From assembly GCA_013239625.1 (NCBI GenBank), contig MU054212.1, positions 6,980,270 through 7,044,269 on the forward strand: DNA of 64,000 nt, given 5' to 3'. The position numbers and the translations under genes are program-made. Below are positions 13,993 to 27,575 of the stretch, piece after piece. This DNA is from Lama guanicoe (taxonomy: Eukaryota). The notes under the pieces were generated by a model. The model was not told the DNA's origin and did no database searches. It saw only the letters and a list, made by a program, of their open reading frames with translations. How positions within the stretch are numbered: the first letter of the stretch is position 1; each line of letters opens with the position of its first letter.

Positions 13993-14544
13993 ACTCATCA
14001 TTTTTTATACCTTAAATACATACAATTTTAATTTGTTAATTATACTTTAATAAAGCTGGAAAAATATTTTTAAAATAAATAATTAAAAAATTTTAATCAT
14101 ATTTGGTGTTTTCTTTACAGAAGTTTCTGGTTTTGTGTTTATATCATTTTAGCTGAATTTAGATTTCCTTCTCTAGTGAATGATATTTTTATCCTTATAT
14201 TTGTAGTTTTCATAATGAATGAAGTTTTTTTTGTCAGTGGATAGCGTCTATAAAGGACATAACTATATTTCTTGATTTTGTACTATCAGATATTGTGGTA
14301 GATCTAACTCCTGCCTGCATATCTCTTATTTTTTCTTTTGTTTTACAAATATTTCACTAATTCTCTGTTCAGCATTGTGTAATCTGCTGTTAATTTTCAG
14401 CTTCAAGTACAAATCCAAGGGAAAAATTAAATAAGTGACATCTTAAGGTGTTATCTGAACACGCACAATGCATACCATGGAAATCCTTCTCTATCCAGGG
14501 CTACATTCCCACTGCATGGGATAGATTCCCAATTGTTCATTATC

Positions 14545-14890
14545 TCTCTTTTTAAAAGGATTAGACTTCCCACCCTGTTGACATCGGGCTTGGCCATATC
14601 ACCTGCTTTGTTCAGTGGAGCTTGAGCAGAAGTAACATTTCCCATAGTCCTGGGAAAGCTGCAAGAACCACTGAGTGATCTCACTAATGGACATGTGCTA
14701 CCAGAGCAACATGTCCTAGAAGGATGCAATCCTTCACCTTGGGTCTGAGAAGTAGAAATAACATGAAGCTCACACACAGCAGACACAGCTAAGCCGCAGT
14801 GCAAGTGAGAAACCAACATTCATACCTGTTTACCACTAAAACTTGGTAGTTGCTCATTACCGCAGGATAACCTAATGCTAACTCTCACAC
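14545..14890 (+). mobile_element. MaLR (MLT1-family) solo LTR relic
   Basis: gggcttggccatatcacctgctttgttcagtgga...gagcagaagtaaca; 3' end taccactaaaacttggtagttgctcattaccgcag. Confidence 0.65.
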
Positions 14891-15189
14891 TCTCTTCCTT
14901 TCCTCCAGAGCAGTCTCCTCATTAGCTTACCCACTCTTCAGAATTTTTTTCTCCTCCGGTGCTCTTTCTTAATAAAATAAAATGTAGTAATACTAGCAAC
15001 TAGAATTCTAGATTATCCTTTAGAAAACAATGTTCGTTTTGTTTTCTTTTAAAAAGTATATTTAACATACAGATAAATTTTACAAATAGTTTCATTCTGT
15101 CATCCAAAGATAAAATAAAGCACAAAGAAATTTTATCAAACTTCCTATACAATTTGTTCAGCAGCATCATTACCTCTCTCCATTCTTTC

Positions 15190-16150
15190 CTCCTTCCCTC
15201 CTTTCAGTAATTAATTATGGACAGCATAGTATGTGTCAGGAACTACACTTGATGAGGATTCAATAGTGAAGAAAACAAGAGTCAGTCATGGCTTATGTCT
15301 GCCCTTGTGGATCTTTCCCTTTGTTGAGGAAGAGGCACAGCAGTCAAATACTCACACACACTAAACTGCAAATATGACAAGTGATATGAAGAAGAGTATG
15401 TGTTGTACCTTTTACACACAGAGGAATTGGATTTAACTGGGCTGTCAATGAAAGCTTCCCAGAATTGACTCCTAAGCTGTAATCTTAAAGATACGTGGTA
15501 ATTAATGAGGCAGAAGTTAGAGGGAAAACATCTATAGAAAAGGAATTAGCATAAGAACACCATAAGGGCTAGGGAAAAAAGTGACAAGTAGTAGAAACTG
15601 AAGTAAGGACACTGTATTTAAACCAAATAATCAGGGTAAACCAGGTGATAGGAAACTGCAGAGGCGGGTATACCTGACTATTCGGGGACCTTGTGGGATA
15701 TGTTAAGGAGGGGTTTCGTCCCTTCACCCTGATAAAGTTAATGCAAGTCTGGAGCAAAACTGATCATACTATATTAAAAAATTAAAAGAGAAAAGAACAC
15801 ACCTACCACAATGTAGACAATGGATGAGAAAAGGATCACGGTTATTGCAGGTAAGCCAGCTCTGGAAATCACCATAAGTTCATGAAAGACATGGTAGCTT
15901 GTACCAGGATGCTAGTGCAACAGTGAAGCAGATAGATTAAAAAGATATATGGACCATTTCTTGTTAATATGTTGAATATGAGAGTTGAAACAGAAAGAAA
16001 AATCAAGAAAACTCACAGGTTTCCAAGCGAAGAAATTTCGTTTAGTAGTTTCAGGGAAGAATTGAGGATGGACCAAAGGAGATCATGAGCTTGACTAGAC
16101 ATATTTTAATTTTAAAGTATCTTTGCATATAAGAGGATATGTTAAAAAGA
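15190..16150 (-). mobile_element. LINE-2 3' region fragment
   Basis: Begins with a reverse L2-tail-like stretch (tagtatgtgtcaggaactacact...caatagtgaagaaaaca) and continues as purine-rich L2-like sequence. Confidence 0.6.
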
Positions 16151-16172
16151 AATGACATAAATGAGTATAAAA

Positions 16173-16262
16173 TTTTTTTTCTTAATGGAGGTTGGGGATT
16201 GAACCCAGGACCTCATGCATGCTAAACATGCACTCCACCATTGAGCTATTTTTCTCCTCCTC
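16173..16262 (-). mobile_element. tRNA-derived SINE, Vic-1 type (short)
   Basis: ggggattgaacccaggacctcatgcatgctaaacatgcactccaccattgagcta is the reverse complement of the same head seen at 728 and 61394, preceded by a T-tract. Confidence 0.85.
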
Positions 16263-16475
16263 GAAACTTCACGTAAGATAATTTTTCCAGTATTTTGATT
16301 TTTCTAAAGGGATTTAGAGTGATTAAAGAGCAACATTTGATACAGAAATAAAATTTAAGCTAATGATAAACACAAACACAACCATACCATCCCAGGGACA
16401 TAAAATGAATTGACTGACTGTATTTAACATATTAGATATGTTCTATAAGAATAAAAATAATATTTGCACTATTAC

Positions 16476-16612
16476 CTGTCATTGACATAACCTACTATAG
16501 TTTCAATATCCATCCCAATTCTTCTATTTTCTTCCATCAATTGAGAATATGCTATTGAAACATCTGAAAAATCTTTTGCGATATTAGAAAGCTCCACATC
16601 CCACGTTCTTTT
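16476..16612 (-). CDS. CCDC178: CCDC178 coding exon, 137 nt, phase 0/2
   Basis: tttttaaag|AAAAGAACG...AATGACAG|gtaata; encodes KRTWDVELSNIAKDFSDVSIAYSQLMEENRRIGMDIETIVGYVND(S). A 151-nt intron separates it from the previous exon. Confidence 0.94.
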
Positions 16613-16763
16613 CTTTAAAAAAAAATACAAGAATCATTTATATATGTTTATGTAACTCAAAAAGAAAAAAAATGTATAACAATGAAGTTACTTTTAGTTG
16701 TATGAGTTAATATTTGGGAATAGAGAATGGAGCTCTGTGGGAAGTAGGGAAAGGTCAACTTAC

Positions 16764-16859
16764 TGTGGAATAAAAATTATTAAGTGCATCCGTATATTCA
16801 ATTTCATAAATTTTTTTCTTCCAGAATAGTTGATCAAAAGTTTTTTTAAAATCATCTAG
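16764..16859 (-). CDS. CCDC178: CCDC178 coding exon, 96 nt, phase 0/0
   Basis: tttttttttag|CTAGATGAT...TCCACA|gtaagt; encodes LDDFKKTFDQLFWKKKIYEIEYTDALNNFYST. Confidence 0.93.
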
Positions 16860-16989
16860 CTAAAAAAAAACACATGCAAATAAATTGTGGGGAATTCCAT
16901 TTTTTGTAAAGTAAGAAAGATTATCTTTCAAATTATGCAACTATCATAACTTAATAAATATTGATTAAAATATTATAATACCATAGGCT

Positions 16990-18900
16990 GTTTTCAGTGA
17001 TGAAAACTGATGCACGATTCTGAATGAAATATAGCAAATCAAGTCTAACAATATTCAAATAAATAATTAATCATTGTAAAAGAGAATATATTTTAGTTAT
17101 AGTGTAAAAATTCATATGAATTAGAAAAATTAAATCATAATTGCTCTCATCAACAAATTAAAGAAGGAAATAACATGAATATAGCCAACACTACACAAAA
17201 TAGCCATTTGATAAATTCACTATCTAGTTCCCAACATTTTTAGCTAGAACAAGGAAAATATTCCCAAATATAATATAATGAACCAACAGAAAATATCAAA
17301 GTAAGTCATAAAACACAGAATTCATGCCCACTAAAGTCAAGAATGAGATCAGATTATCTTTCATCACCACTGTTATTAACCATGTTTTATAAAATTTTGG
17401 TAAATGCAATGTGCATAACGAAACCAAATGTTACTAGTAAAATACTGAATATAAATAGATAATGTATCTTCAATTTTAGATGTTATGATTGAATATCTAG
17501 GGAAACAGAAGATTCTATTTAAAACTACAATAAATGATTTTCGGCAAAATGGCATAAGGAAATTAATAGTTTTTATCTATGAGTAATAATCTGTTAAATA
17601 TCTTTTGACAAAATTGAAAAACGTTTGTCAAAAACATAATATATTTGGGAATAGATTTAACACAAAAGGGAGAATCTTTAATACAGCAAACACAAATTCT
17701 TATTTAAAAGCTTAAATCAAGAAAAACTAATATTTCATGCAAAGGTTTAACAGAAGATACTGTCAGTTACCCCCATATTAACATAAGATATAATAAAAAG
17801 GAGTATTTTCTTTGAAACTGCATGAAATGAAATTCATATGGAAGAAAAAGTGTGAAACTAGCCAAGAAGTAGATAAAAATAATAATATTGGAAACTTGCT
17901 ACCAAATATTAAAATATCTTACAACACCACTATTTTAAAGGAGTATTTTCAGCATTGCAATAAAGAACAGAAGGTAAAACTAGAGCCCAGAAATATTTGA
18001 GCTCAATGAGAGAGAGAGATCATTTACTTTAATTAACAGAGTAATCAATATGAACTTATTTGTATGATCTTGGGCTAAAGAAGAATGTCACATTGCCAAG
18101 AAAACCAAGAGTATTTGTTGACGTGTTTGATGGCATATTTCACAAAAGATGGCAAAGGACACCATAAACAAAATTGAAGGAAAAGGCAAGAAAAATGTGA
18201 AATACAAGCCCAACATTCTGAAATATAGTCTTCTTGAAGGGCATCAGTGAATAAGGTGGATTAAGAACATCTGAAAACTCTCCTCCATAAAGGTAATGAG
18301 AAAACTGGTCAACAAAACAAAAGTCAAAATTCACTTTCTCAGAACTCTGGAAATTAAGGGAAGGCTTGCAGCAAGTGGGGAGCACCTATTCAAGAAAACC
18401 AGTCTACTCTGAGTACGAGGTATGAGCTTCGTGGTGTTCTAACTTGTCCTAGTCCTCCCTTCCAGGTCCATGATAGCCTTGAACATCAAAACAGAAGTTA
18501 TCTAAATCCATATTAATTCTCCAGGTAATAAAGAAATGAAGAAAAGCTTCAAAATTCATTTTATAAAGCCAGCATAATCCTGATAATAAAATCTATCAAA
18601 TATAGCACAAATTAAGAACACTGAAATACAGACTAACTTACGAATTGGATGCAAAATCTTAAATAAAATTATTGCAAATCAAACTCAGAGGTAAAGTAAG
18701 AGAACAATAAACCATAACCACACACAGTTCACTTCAAGAATATTAAAATGGTTTCATTTTAATATAACATTTCAATAGGTCAAATGAGAAACCATTTAAA
18801 ATCATCTTCACAGATACTTACAAAGTATTTTGCATAAGTCATCATCTATACCAGAGTTTCTGAGTATATTTTTAAAATCTTTAAAATAATAATGAGCATA
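16990..18900 (+). mobile_element. Very old L1 (L1ME-like) ORF2 relics, with an L1 5'-end fragment at about 18240-18490
   Basis: Degenerate ORF2-like phrases (gccatttgataaattc; ttttataaagccagcataatcctgataataaaa; gatgcaaaatcttaaataaaattattgcaaatcaaactc). Confidence 0.55.
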
Positions 18901-20619
18901 TATTCGAAATCAACATTTAGATAACATTCGTCCCTTGTTTCAAATAAAAACTGAAATAAAGCAATTTCCTAGATGGTATTTATGCCACACAATAAAATAT
19001 ACACCTAATAAGAAATTAAAAGCTTATGATGAAAAAAATTAGCAATGTGTACATTTATGCATGTTACCACATTTTATCCATATAACACATAAATATTGTG
19101 TAACAAAAGAATAACAAAAAATTGCATTGTAGTTTGGCTCTAACAGTTAATAAGTTTATGTTTATGAGAAAAATCACTCAGCCTCTTTAGACTGGTTTCC
19201 TATTTGGTGATTTAACAGTATTAGTGACATAATTGGCTTATTTATTTTTAGTAAATAAATTGCTTAATTTGAAAGATTCTGAGATAAAAATATGAACCAA
19301 GAGGTATGGCTTAACGGGTGTTTTGTGGTATTTGGATCTATAGTTATAGTACATAGATCCATAAGTTAGAAATAAATATTAAATTTCTACTAACAAAGAC
19401 AACATCCAGAAATATGAAAATATCACATATATACAAAAGGAATTTGCTTATTTACAACATTTATCTGTAAACTAAATTATAAAAAAGTTGTATGTTTGCC
19501 ATTGTTCAATAAAATATGAAAATCACAAAGGATTTCTACAAGTTTAAGTCATTTTTGTATTATTTTCATAAATGACTAGATAAAATGAAATGGACATGGC
19601 TGTTTTTTTAAATATCACAAGAAACAAAGAGCTGCAGATAATGAAATTGTATTCTAAAAAAAAATTCCTGAAGTATAAGAGAAGTAGACTTCAAAGAAAA
19701 CATGGGAAAATAAATTATAGAAAAGCTTTACTTTTACATTTAAAAAGAATCTGAGCTTAACAATATTTTTAAGGTAGTTAACCAATTTCAAGATGTTTTC
19801 TAGTTTACAAAAGCCATTGTTTGCAGAAATTAGAAGGGGAAAATGTGTTTTCATAGATGACAACACAAATTAGAGAAAAGTTTACATTAATGAGGTAAAG
19901 ATTCTGAACTAAAAGCACTATTTGCCTTGAAATTTTAAAAGATAGTTAGGTTGTATGTGCAATTAGGCAACACAAACAGTTTTATATTTCTCCTGAACTA
20001 GAAATTTCAACTGCATACCAAAAAATAATGCAAGGAAATGATGTACACCATTGCTTTTAATTCAGTGCTTAATATGCCAACTTAGAAAATCTAGTTTAAA
20101 GGTTTTTATAATGAGCAAAATACAGAAAAAAAAATCTGAACAACAACATGTTCTCATCTTCCCTAGAACGTATGATAGCCCACAAATGATTTCTAAAATT
20201 GAAAAATGTTACTAACCTTATAAATACATTCACAATATCCCATCAAAAATAACATTTTTTATGGAGGGCCAGACTTGGCATTTTAGAAATGATCAAAGAA
20301 ATAAAAAAGTGACGTTAGGTTCAGTGAATGCATTTTCCCTCTTTGAAAATATTAACAGTGATATTGTTATAAATGATAAATTTCAGCATAATTAGAAAAT
20401 TGAGGTCATAATTATTTGACAGTACTATACAACATTTTAAGAGTTTTTATTGGTTGTGCTATACTTCCCTGATGCTTCTAATAGCCCCTGGAAGAAATTA
20501 TATATAGGCAAGCTACATGCATTCTAAATCATCAAGGAATATTTCAGAGTCTACACTCTACAATCCCACCTCATCAAGTGCCCTCTGGGCTCTTAAGATG
20601 AAGTTATTTTCCCCTATTT

Positions 20620-20702
20620 TCCCTCCCTTCGTTCCTTCCTCCCTTCCTTTCTTTCTTCCTTCCTTCCTCCCTTCTTCCCTTCCTTCCTATTTTCTTTCCT
20701 TT
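20620..20702. repeat. (TTCC)n-like low-complexity repeat abutting an L2 tail
   Basis: ccctcccttcgttccttcctcccttcctttctttcttccttccttcc; L2 tail tttattgagtacctactatgggacaggcact follows at about 20768. Confidence 0.85.
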
Positions 20703-21679
20703 ATTCATTGGTTAACTTGCTCATTCGGCAAGCCTAATACGGCTTTTTCTGAATGCCTAAAATGACATTTTATTGAGTACCTACTATGGGACAGGCACTA
20801 TGCAAGTTATGCAGAGAAACAAAAATCACAATTCCTTTCCTGTCCTTAAAGGCCTTAAAAGCCCTTAAAAATCAGAAGGAACAGTATTTATGAAAAGTTG
20901 GAAGAAAGTAAGCCATGGAACATTCTGGCATCTTGAAGTTTGTCCAAGTAGCTAGAGAATAAAGTTAGAGGGAAAGGAGTAGCAAGGGAGAAGTTTGAGA
21001 GAGAAATAAGGGTGGACTGCAGAGAGATTTGCATTATTACCATCTATTTAAGGTCAGTTTCTTCCAACTGACTGATTGTATCTCATTCCCTCTGGCATTT
21101 CAGCTCCATGTGCTTTAGTTTAGTGTTTACTGCCTTGCTTATTTCTAGATTTTCCTACATCACCTGTGCAGTGATGTAAGTCACTCTCACATTAATTTAG
21201 GTGCATATTCCCTACACTGCATAAATATGAACAAAATACAAACATTTTCAGGGAAAGAAAATTTTGAGAATCCCAAATCTAGCTCACTAAAGAAGCTTGT
21301 AAAGGATATACTTTGGTAACAAGAAACAAAATAACACCAATGAGAAATCTGATGAACAGAAAAATTTGTGTGCAAAATGTTTAACCAGGAATAAATATAA
21401 TCAAATATTTACTGTGTAAATTGATATGAAATCATCTTAATACAAGGATTATTAAATAAGATAGGCATAACATGATGGAAAATAGAACATAAGTCAGGAA
21501 AAGATCATATGGTCCCTAAAGTGTTCAGGAACAAGCTAATAATGTTGATTATCTTCACATCCAGTAAATAAAATATGCATTCCAAAAATTCTAATAATTT
21601 ATAGCTCAAAAACATATAAATAAAATATATCATAAGAAAAAATTCAATTCTAAATTTAGTTTAGAACTTAGTTTCATCT

Positions 21680-23300
21680 AAAAATATGGTTTCAAATTAC
21701 ATAATGCAAAAATATGGATAAAAAATGAAGAGATAATAAAAAAGTTCACTATCATACTGAGATATTTTAATACAGCTTTCATAGTAATTGATACCTTAGT
21801 CAAAATAAATCAGAAATAGAAGATATTTAGGTAACACCATGAGCACAGTTCACAAAATGAACCTATTTAGAACAACCCACTATCAGAGAAAACATTTTTC
21901 TAAAATAAAATATTTATGCAAATTACCTATATGGTAGGAAACAAATTAAGCCTTAACAAAATTTTAAAAATATCCATCATATATGCTACCTTTATGAACA
22001 AATCAGAATGATATTAAAAATCAATTTAAAATAAATAACTTTAAAATTTAGTGGAGATAGAAGGGTTAGTTGTCTAAGACTGACCACAGGCTGTCTTTGC
22101 AGAGAGAGTATGCCTTCGATAAAGTTTCCAGAAATTAGTTAAGGTCCAATTTAGAAAAACTACCTAAATAAATGGAGAGATGGATCATGTCTGTGTTTAA
22201 GGATCCTCTCATAAAGATTTCATTTCTCTATCATATAATCCATAAATGAATATGATTCCAATGATAATTCCAATAAAATGTCTGAAGGAAATGAACAAGA
22301 CAATACTGAAATTTATATGGAAGGACAAAGGTCAAGAATAGCCTAAAACTCTTAAGACTGGGAATTTACCATAATAAATAATCAAAACTCACTATGTAAG
22401 TTTAGTAATGCAGACATGAAGTATCGAGATAAAAATGTTAAGTAGACCAAACAAATTAAAAAGAGAATAGAAAGAGATCCACACAAAACAAATATGGAAG
22501 CCTCATATGTGACAGAGATGGCTCTAAATATTAATAGATAAATATAATAAATTATAATCCTTTCTTTTCAACATAAGAAAAAATGTAATTGGAGCCTCAC
22601 TTCACATAATACTTATATATGAATTTCAAACTGATTATGATTCATGTCTGGCATGCCAAATATGCATTCCTAAAATTCTAGAGATAGTTTGTTACTTCTA
22701 CACTTGTAAATAGAAGATAGATTGAGAAAAAACTCAATTTTGAATATTTTAAACATATTTTAATCTAAAAGTATCATGTAATTATGAAAGGAAAATTTCA
22801 AATCACTTAGAATAAAATACTAGAAAATATTTTTTGACTTCAAGGTAGGAAAACTTGATTTTAAAAGTTCGGTAAAACATAAAAGTTCAAAGTGAAATAT
22901 TTATAACTTTCAGTACACTAAAATCGAAGTTTCTCTTCATCAGAAGTTACCATAAAGAAATGAAAGATGATTGGATGAAACTATTTTTAACGTGCAACTT
23001 TAAAATATTTAGTATTCATAACATAAAACAAATTCTTGAAAATCAGTAAAAAAAAAAAAACCATCACTCAATATACAGAATTAAAAACCATGAGCAGGTT
23101 TTTCAAGGAAAAGGAAATACAAATAACCTCCAAGAGCCATTAAAATATGTTTAGTCTCATTCTTCATTATAGATTAATTTAAAAACCCATAATGAGACAC
23201 AATTGAAGAGCCTTATAATAGAAAGTGGTCAAAAAAAACCCCCAACAAAAACACAGTAGTTTTAACCCTAGATAGGAATGCAAATTGGTACAGAATGTGT
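21680..23300 (+). mobile_element. Very old L1 (L1ME-like) ORF2 relics
   Basis: Degenerate phrases such as gagatattttaatacagctttcatagtaattgata and aaatttatatggaaggacaaaggtcaagaatagcc. Confidence 0.55.
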
Positions 23301-23384
23301 ATATTATTGCCTTTTACTGAACTACTACTTCTGTTTACCATTTTCTTATTTCTGTTTACTATCATTTTCTTTTACTACAGTGAA

Positions 23385-23790
23385 TGAGATGCAGCAGAAG
23401 AGGAAGGCAGAAAAGATGAGTCATGAGGGAAGGTCAGTAAGACACCAAGTGTGAGAGGACTCAGCTCACCAATCCTGAAGGGAACCACCAGCCAGGATGT
23501 ATGTAGTTTCTAAAACCTGAGAATGATCTTAAGCTGACAGCCACCAAAGAAACAAGGACCTCAATGCTAAAATCACAGGAACTGAATTTTGCCAAAACTG
23601 AATGAGCCGGAAAGCAGATTCATCCTGGAGTCTGCAGAAAGAAATGCAGGGCTGATACCTTGATTTTAGTCGTGAAAGACCAAGAGCAGAGGAACTGGCT
23701 GAGCCACGACCCAGAGAAACTTTATGATAATAAACGGGTGCTGTTTTAAGCTGCTAATACTCTGGTAATAAGCAACAGAGAACCAATATA
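23385..23790 (+). mobile_element. MaLR MLT1 (E/D-like) LTR
   Basis: gctgacagccaccaaagaaacaaggacctcaa...aggaactgaattttgcca...aataaacgggtgctgttttaagctgctaa. Confidence 0.85.
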
Positions 23791-23898
23791 GACAGAAAAA
23801 TTGGCTACCAGTTAATTATTGACAGATAATAAGTTTAAATAGCCTTGGTGCAAAGCTAAAAGTCAGTATTTTTTTAATTTTTAATTATAAAAACTCAC

Positions 23899-24052
23899 CT
23901 TTTTTGATAAAGTAGCTAATTGTTTTTTTGATGATCTTGTTTCCCTCAATACTTCAGTCACTATCTCTTCATTCTCCTCAACATTAACATTAACATCTTG
24001 TATTGATGTACAGTATAAATTATACAGACCATTAAGTCTATCCAACTCTCTC
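23899..24052 (-). CDS. CCDC178: CCDC178 coding exon, 154 nt, phase 2/0
   Basis: tctcttag|GAGAGAG...AAAAAG|gtgagt; encodes (R)RELDRLNGLYNLYCTSIQDVNVNVEENEEIVTEVLRETRSSKKQLATLSKK. Overlaps ORF 23881..24084. Confidence 0.95.
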
Positions 24053-25154
24053 CTAAGAGAAAAAGCACATTTGATTTTATCCACAAAGAAGGGGAAATTA
24101 TATTTAAAATTGTATTTAAATTGCCCTCTGACTTAATGTAAATCAATGGAATTTATCTATTCCTAAAATTTTTCCCATCTCAAAGCAACTGCTGAAAAGC
24201 ACCACTTAGATACAAAGAAGTAAATAGTGAGAAAAAAACTGTATGTTTCCAGTGGGAAGAAATTGAGAGAAAAGTGATTTGTAAATTATTTAAAATAAAC
24301 AACCTTTGGATTTGATCTCAGGTGAGAGACCTAAGCACCTGTGACTAATTCGCTGGGTAGTACAAAGATGAAAGGCAAGGAAAAAAGAAGAGAAGAAGAT
24401 GTAAAAGTAAAAAGACCACACATTATTAAAGCTCTGGTTTACTATCTTTTCTTCCACATGGTCATAGAGGCAAAACGGAGGAAACTGCAATCTGGGAAAG
24501 CAAGGGGCTTATTTAAAGAGAAGTAATTGCCTGACCGTTCTTTGTTTCTATGTGACTTTCCACAAAAAAGAACAGTGCTAATATGTAAACCAGATAATCC
24601 TTTATCTTATCTAGTAGACAGTACAGCATAGTGTAGTATCAGTATAGATAGTACATTTTCTAGTAGAAAACATGTTTCAAATATAAAAGTCACTTTAGAC
24701 CATGGTATTATAGCTTAATACATGAAGAAAGTACAGAGAGAAAATGCCAAAATTATCATGTGTGTAAAATATCAGCAAGCAATGCAGATAAGCCCAACTT
24801 TTTTTTAAGACACCATAAACAAAATAATAGAGTGGGAGATTTAATTGAAAGTCATATAAGAGACCAAAGAGTAAATCATCTGTGTGTAATAAAATCCTAC
24901 AAACCAATATGGAATAGAAAAATTATCCAATAGACAAATGAGCAGAGAAGATAAACAAGAATTCACAAGAAAATAAATGCCATGGTGTGTTTATTGAACT
25001 GGCCCAGGCTCTCATACACTAACTATGATTTTAGGAGTAGAGTCAAATAAAACTGAAAGACACAACCTCCCTATATAAATGAAATTTGAAGCAACAAACA
25101 AATAGGCAAGAAGATTCTTCTTTACCCCTCCATGTCTGGAGAGTACAGGCTTCC

Positions 25155-26825
25155 TATCAGAATATCCACAAATCAGGCAATGTGATATATTACATTAACA
25201 AATTGAAGAATAAAAATCATATGATCATCTCAATATATGCAGAAAAAGTTTTTGATAAAATTCAACATCCATTTATGATATAGAACTCTCCAGAAAGTGA
25301 GAACAAAGGGAATATACCTCAACATGATAAAGATCATATACGATAAGTCCACAGCTAACATCATACTCAACAGTGAAAAGTTGAAAGCCTTTCCTCTAAG
25401 ATCAAGAACAAGGTAAGGAGATTTCAAAATAGTAGAATAGATAAACAAGATTACACTGTATAGCACAGGGAAATATACACAAAATGTTATGATAAATCAC
25501 AGAGAAAAAAATGTGACAATGAGTGTGTATATGTCCATGAATGACTGAAAAATTGTGCTGAACACTGGAATTTGACACAACATTGTAAAATGATTATAAA
25601 TCAATAAAAAATGTTAAAAAAAAAAAGAACAAGGTAAGGATTCCCACTCTCACCACTTTTATTCAACATAGTACAGTAAGTCCTCGCCACTACTAAGAAT
25701 CAGACAAGAAAAAGCAATTTTCAAAAATCCAAATTGGAAAGGAAGAAGTAAAACTGTCATTGCAGACAACATGCTACTATATATAGAAAATCCTAAAGAT
25801 GCCAGAAAACTAATAGGGCTCCTCAAAGAATTCAGTAAAGTTGAAGGATACAAAATTAATATACAGAAATTTATTACATTTCTATACACTAACAACAAAC
25901 TATTGGAAAGTGATATTAAGGAATAATTCCATTTACCATTCCCCAAAAAGGATAAAATACTTAGCAATAAATCTACCTAAGGAGGTAAAAGACGTGCACT
26001 CAGAAAACTGTAAGACACTGATGGAAGAAATTGAAGACTACACAAACAGATGGAAAGATATACTGTATTCATGGATTGGAAGAATTAACATTATTAAAAT
26101 GACCATACTATCAAAAGCAATCTACAGATTAAATGCAATCCCTATCAAAATACCAAGAGCATTTTTCACAGAACAACAACAAATCATTTTAAAACTTGTA
26201 TGGAAACACAAAAAACCCTGAATAGACAAAACAATCTTGAGAAAGAACAGAGTTGGAGGAATCATGCTCCTTGACTTCAGCCTATACTGCAAAGCTACAG
26301 TATCAAAACAGTATGGTGCTGGCACAAAAGCAGGCACATAGATCAATGGAACAGAATAGAGAGTCCAGAAATAAACTCATACGCTTATGGTCAATAAATC
26401 TATAACAAAGGAGGCAAGAACATACAGTGGAGAAAAGACAGTCTCTTAAATAAGTCGTGCCAGGAAACTGAAGAACTACACGTAAAACAATGAAATTAGA
26501 ACATTTTCTCACACCATATACAAAAATAAACTAAAAATGGGTTAAAGACATAAATGTAAGACCAGAAGCTATAAAACTCCTAGAAGAAAACATAGACGGA
26601 AAGAAAGAGGGAAGGGGCAAGAAAGGGTTTAGGGGATTAAGAGGTACAAACATTTATATATATATAAATAAATAAGCTACAAGAATATACTATACAACAC
26701 AGGGAATATAGTAAACATTTTATAATAATTATAAATGCAGTATAATCTTTAAAAATTGTGAACCACTATGTTGTACACTTGTAACATATAATATTGTACA
26801 TCTACTACATCTCAATAAAAATAAT
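25155..26825 (+). mobile_element. LINE-1 fragment (RT region through 3' UTR, internally deleted) hosting a nested insertion
   Basis: ORF2 peptides [22 protein letters not shown] and [36 protein letters not shown]. The sequence jumps to the 3' UTR at about 26595 and ends ctcaataaaaata. Confidence 0.93.
25420..25624 (+). mobile_element. Young 5'-truncated L1 3' end with poly(A) and perfect 16-bp TSD
   Basis: TSD aagaacaaggtaagga at 25404-25419 and 25625-25640; body similar to the 3' UTR at 8632-8881; aataaa followed by an A tail. Confidence 0.92.
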
Positions 26826-27575
26826 GTTTAAGCACATGTTGAATCGCCGTTGGATAGAAGGCAATATAAACATCTATAATAAGTGGATGTTATTCAGATC
26901 ATAGGATAGTGTGCAAATCTTTGTTTTTCATTTTGCTTATATTTACTTGACTCTAGCTTCATACTGAATATGAGCTTTTTTTATACTAAATCATTTACCA
27001 AATTGAATAAATAAAAACTTTATATCACATAGAAAGAAAGAATTTAAAACCAAATCAATGAGAAACTAAAAGAATATCATAAAATATAAATACATTAGAA
27101 ATATAGTAAAAAATTAAGTTAATATGCAAAATATAATTAATCTATGTATTTAAAAGTATTCAATGTTATTAGAAATCAACTATGAGTTAATTTAATTAGA
27201 TGCTATGTTTATAAATTAATACAAAGCTATATAATTTATTTTTTATAATATCTCATGCTGTAAAATTTTTCTTAGTCACTTTTGCACATAGGTGGCAGAA
27301 ATATATATTGTTAGAGCATATCCATAGACAATGTGGCAATATGTCTGAATAGCTTTAAAATGACACAGAAAAATACTGCTTTAGGAATTCATACACAGTG
27401 GTTTACATATGTAAAAGGTACATGTATTAATTTATATATAAACTTGATAGTAACATAGATATAGGTAATGCAGATCTTTCTTTTTATCTGAATTTCTTAT
27501 ACAGGAGTATACATTACATTTTTAATTAAAATTTTACTTCTAAATGCTATAAATAATACTGTGGAAAATACTTAC

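Noticed and set aside
17603..17633. 10-bp inverted repeat ttttgacaaa...tttgtcaaaa
   Set aside because: Short, A/T-dominated and inside an L1 relic; plausible by chance.
25841..26221. 126-aa ORF and other ORFs with L1 ORF2 peptides (1367, 2441, 2895, 25086, 60054)
   Set aside because: Short, frameshifted remnants of dead L1 copies; there is no intact ORF1 or ORF2 in the window.
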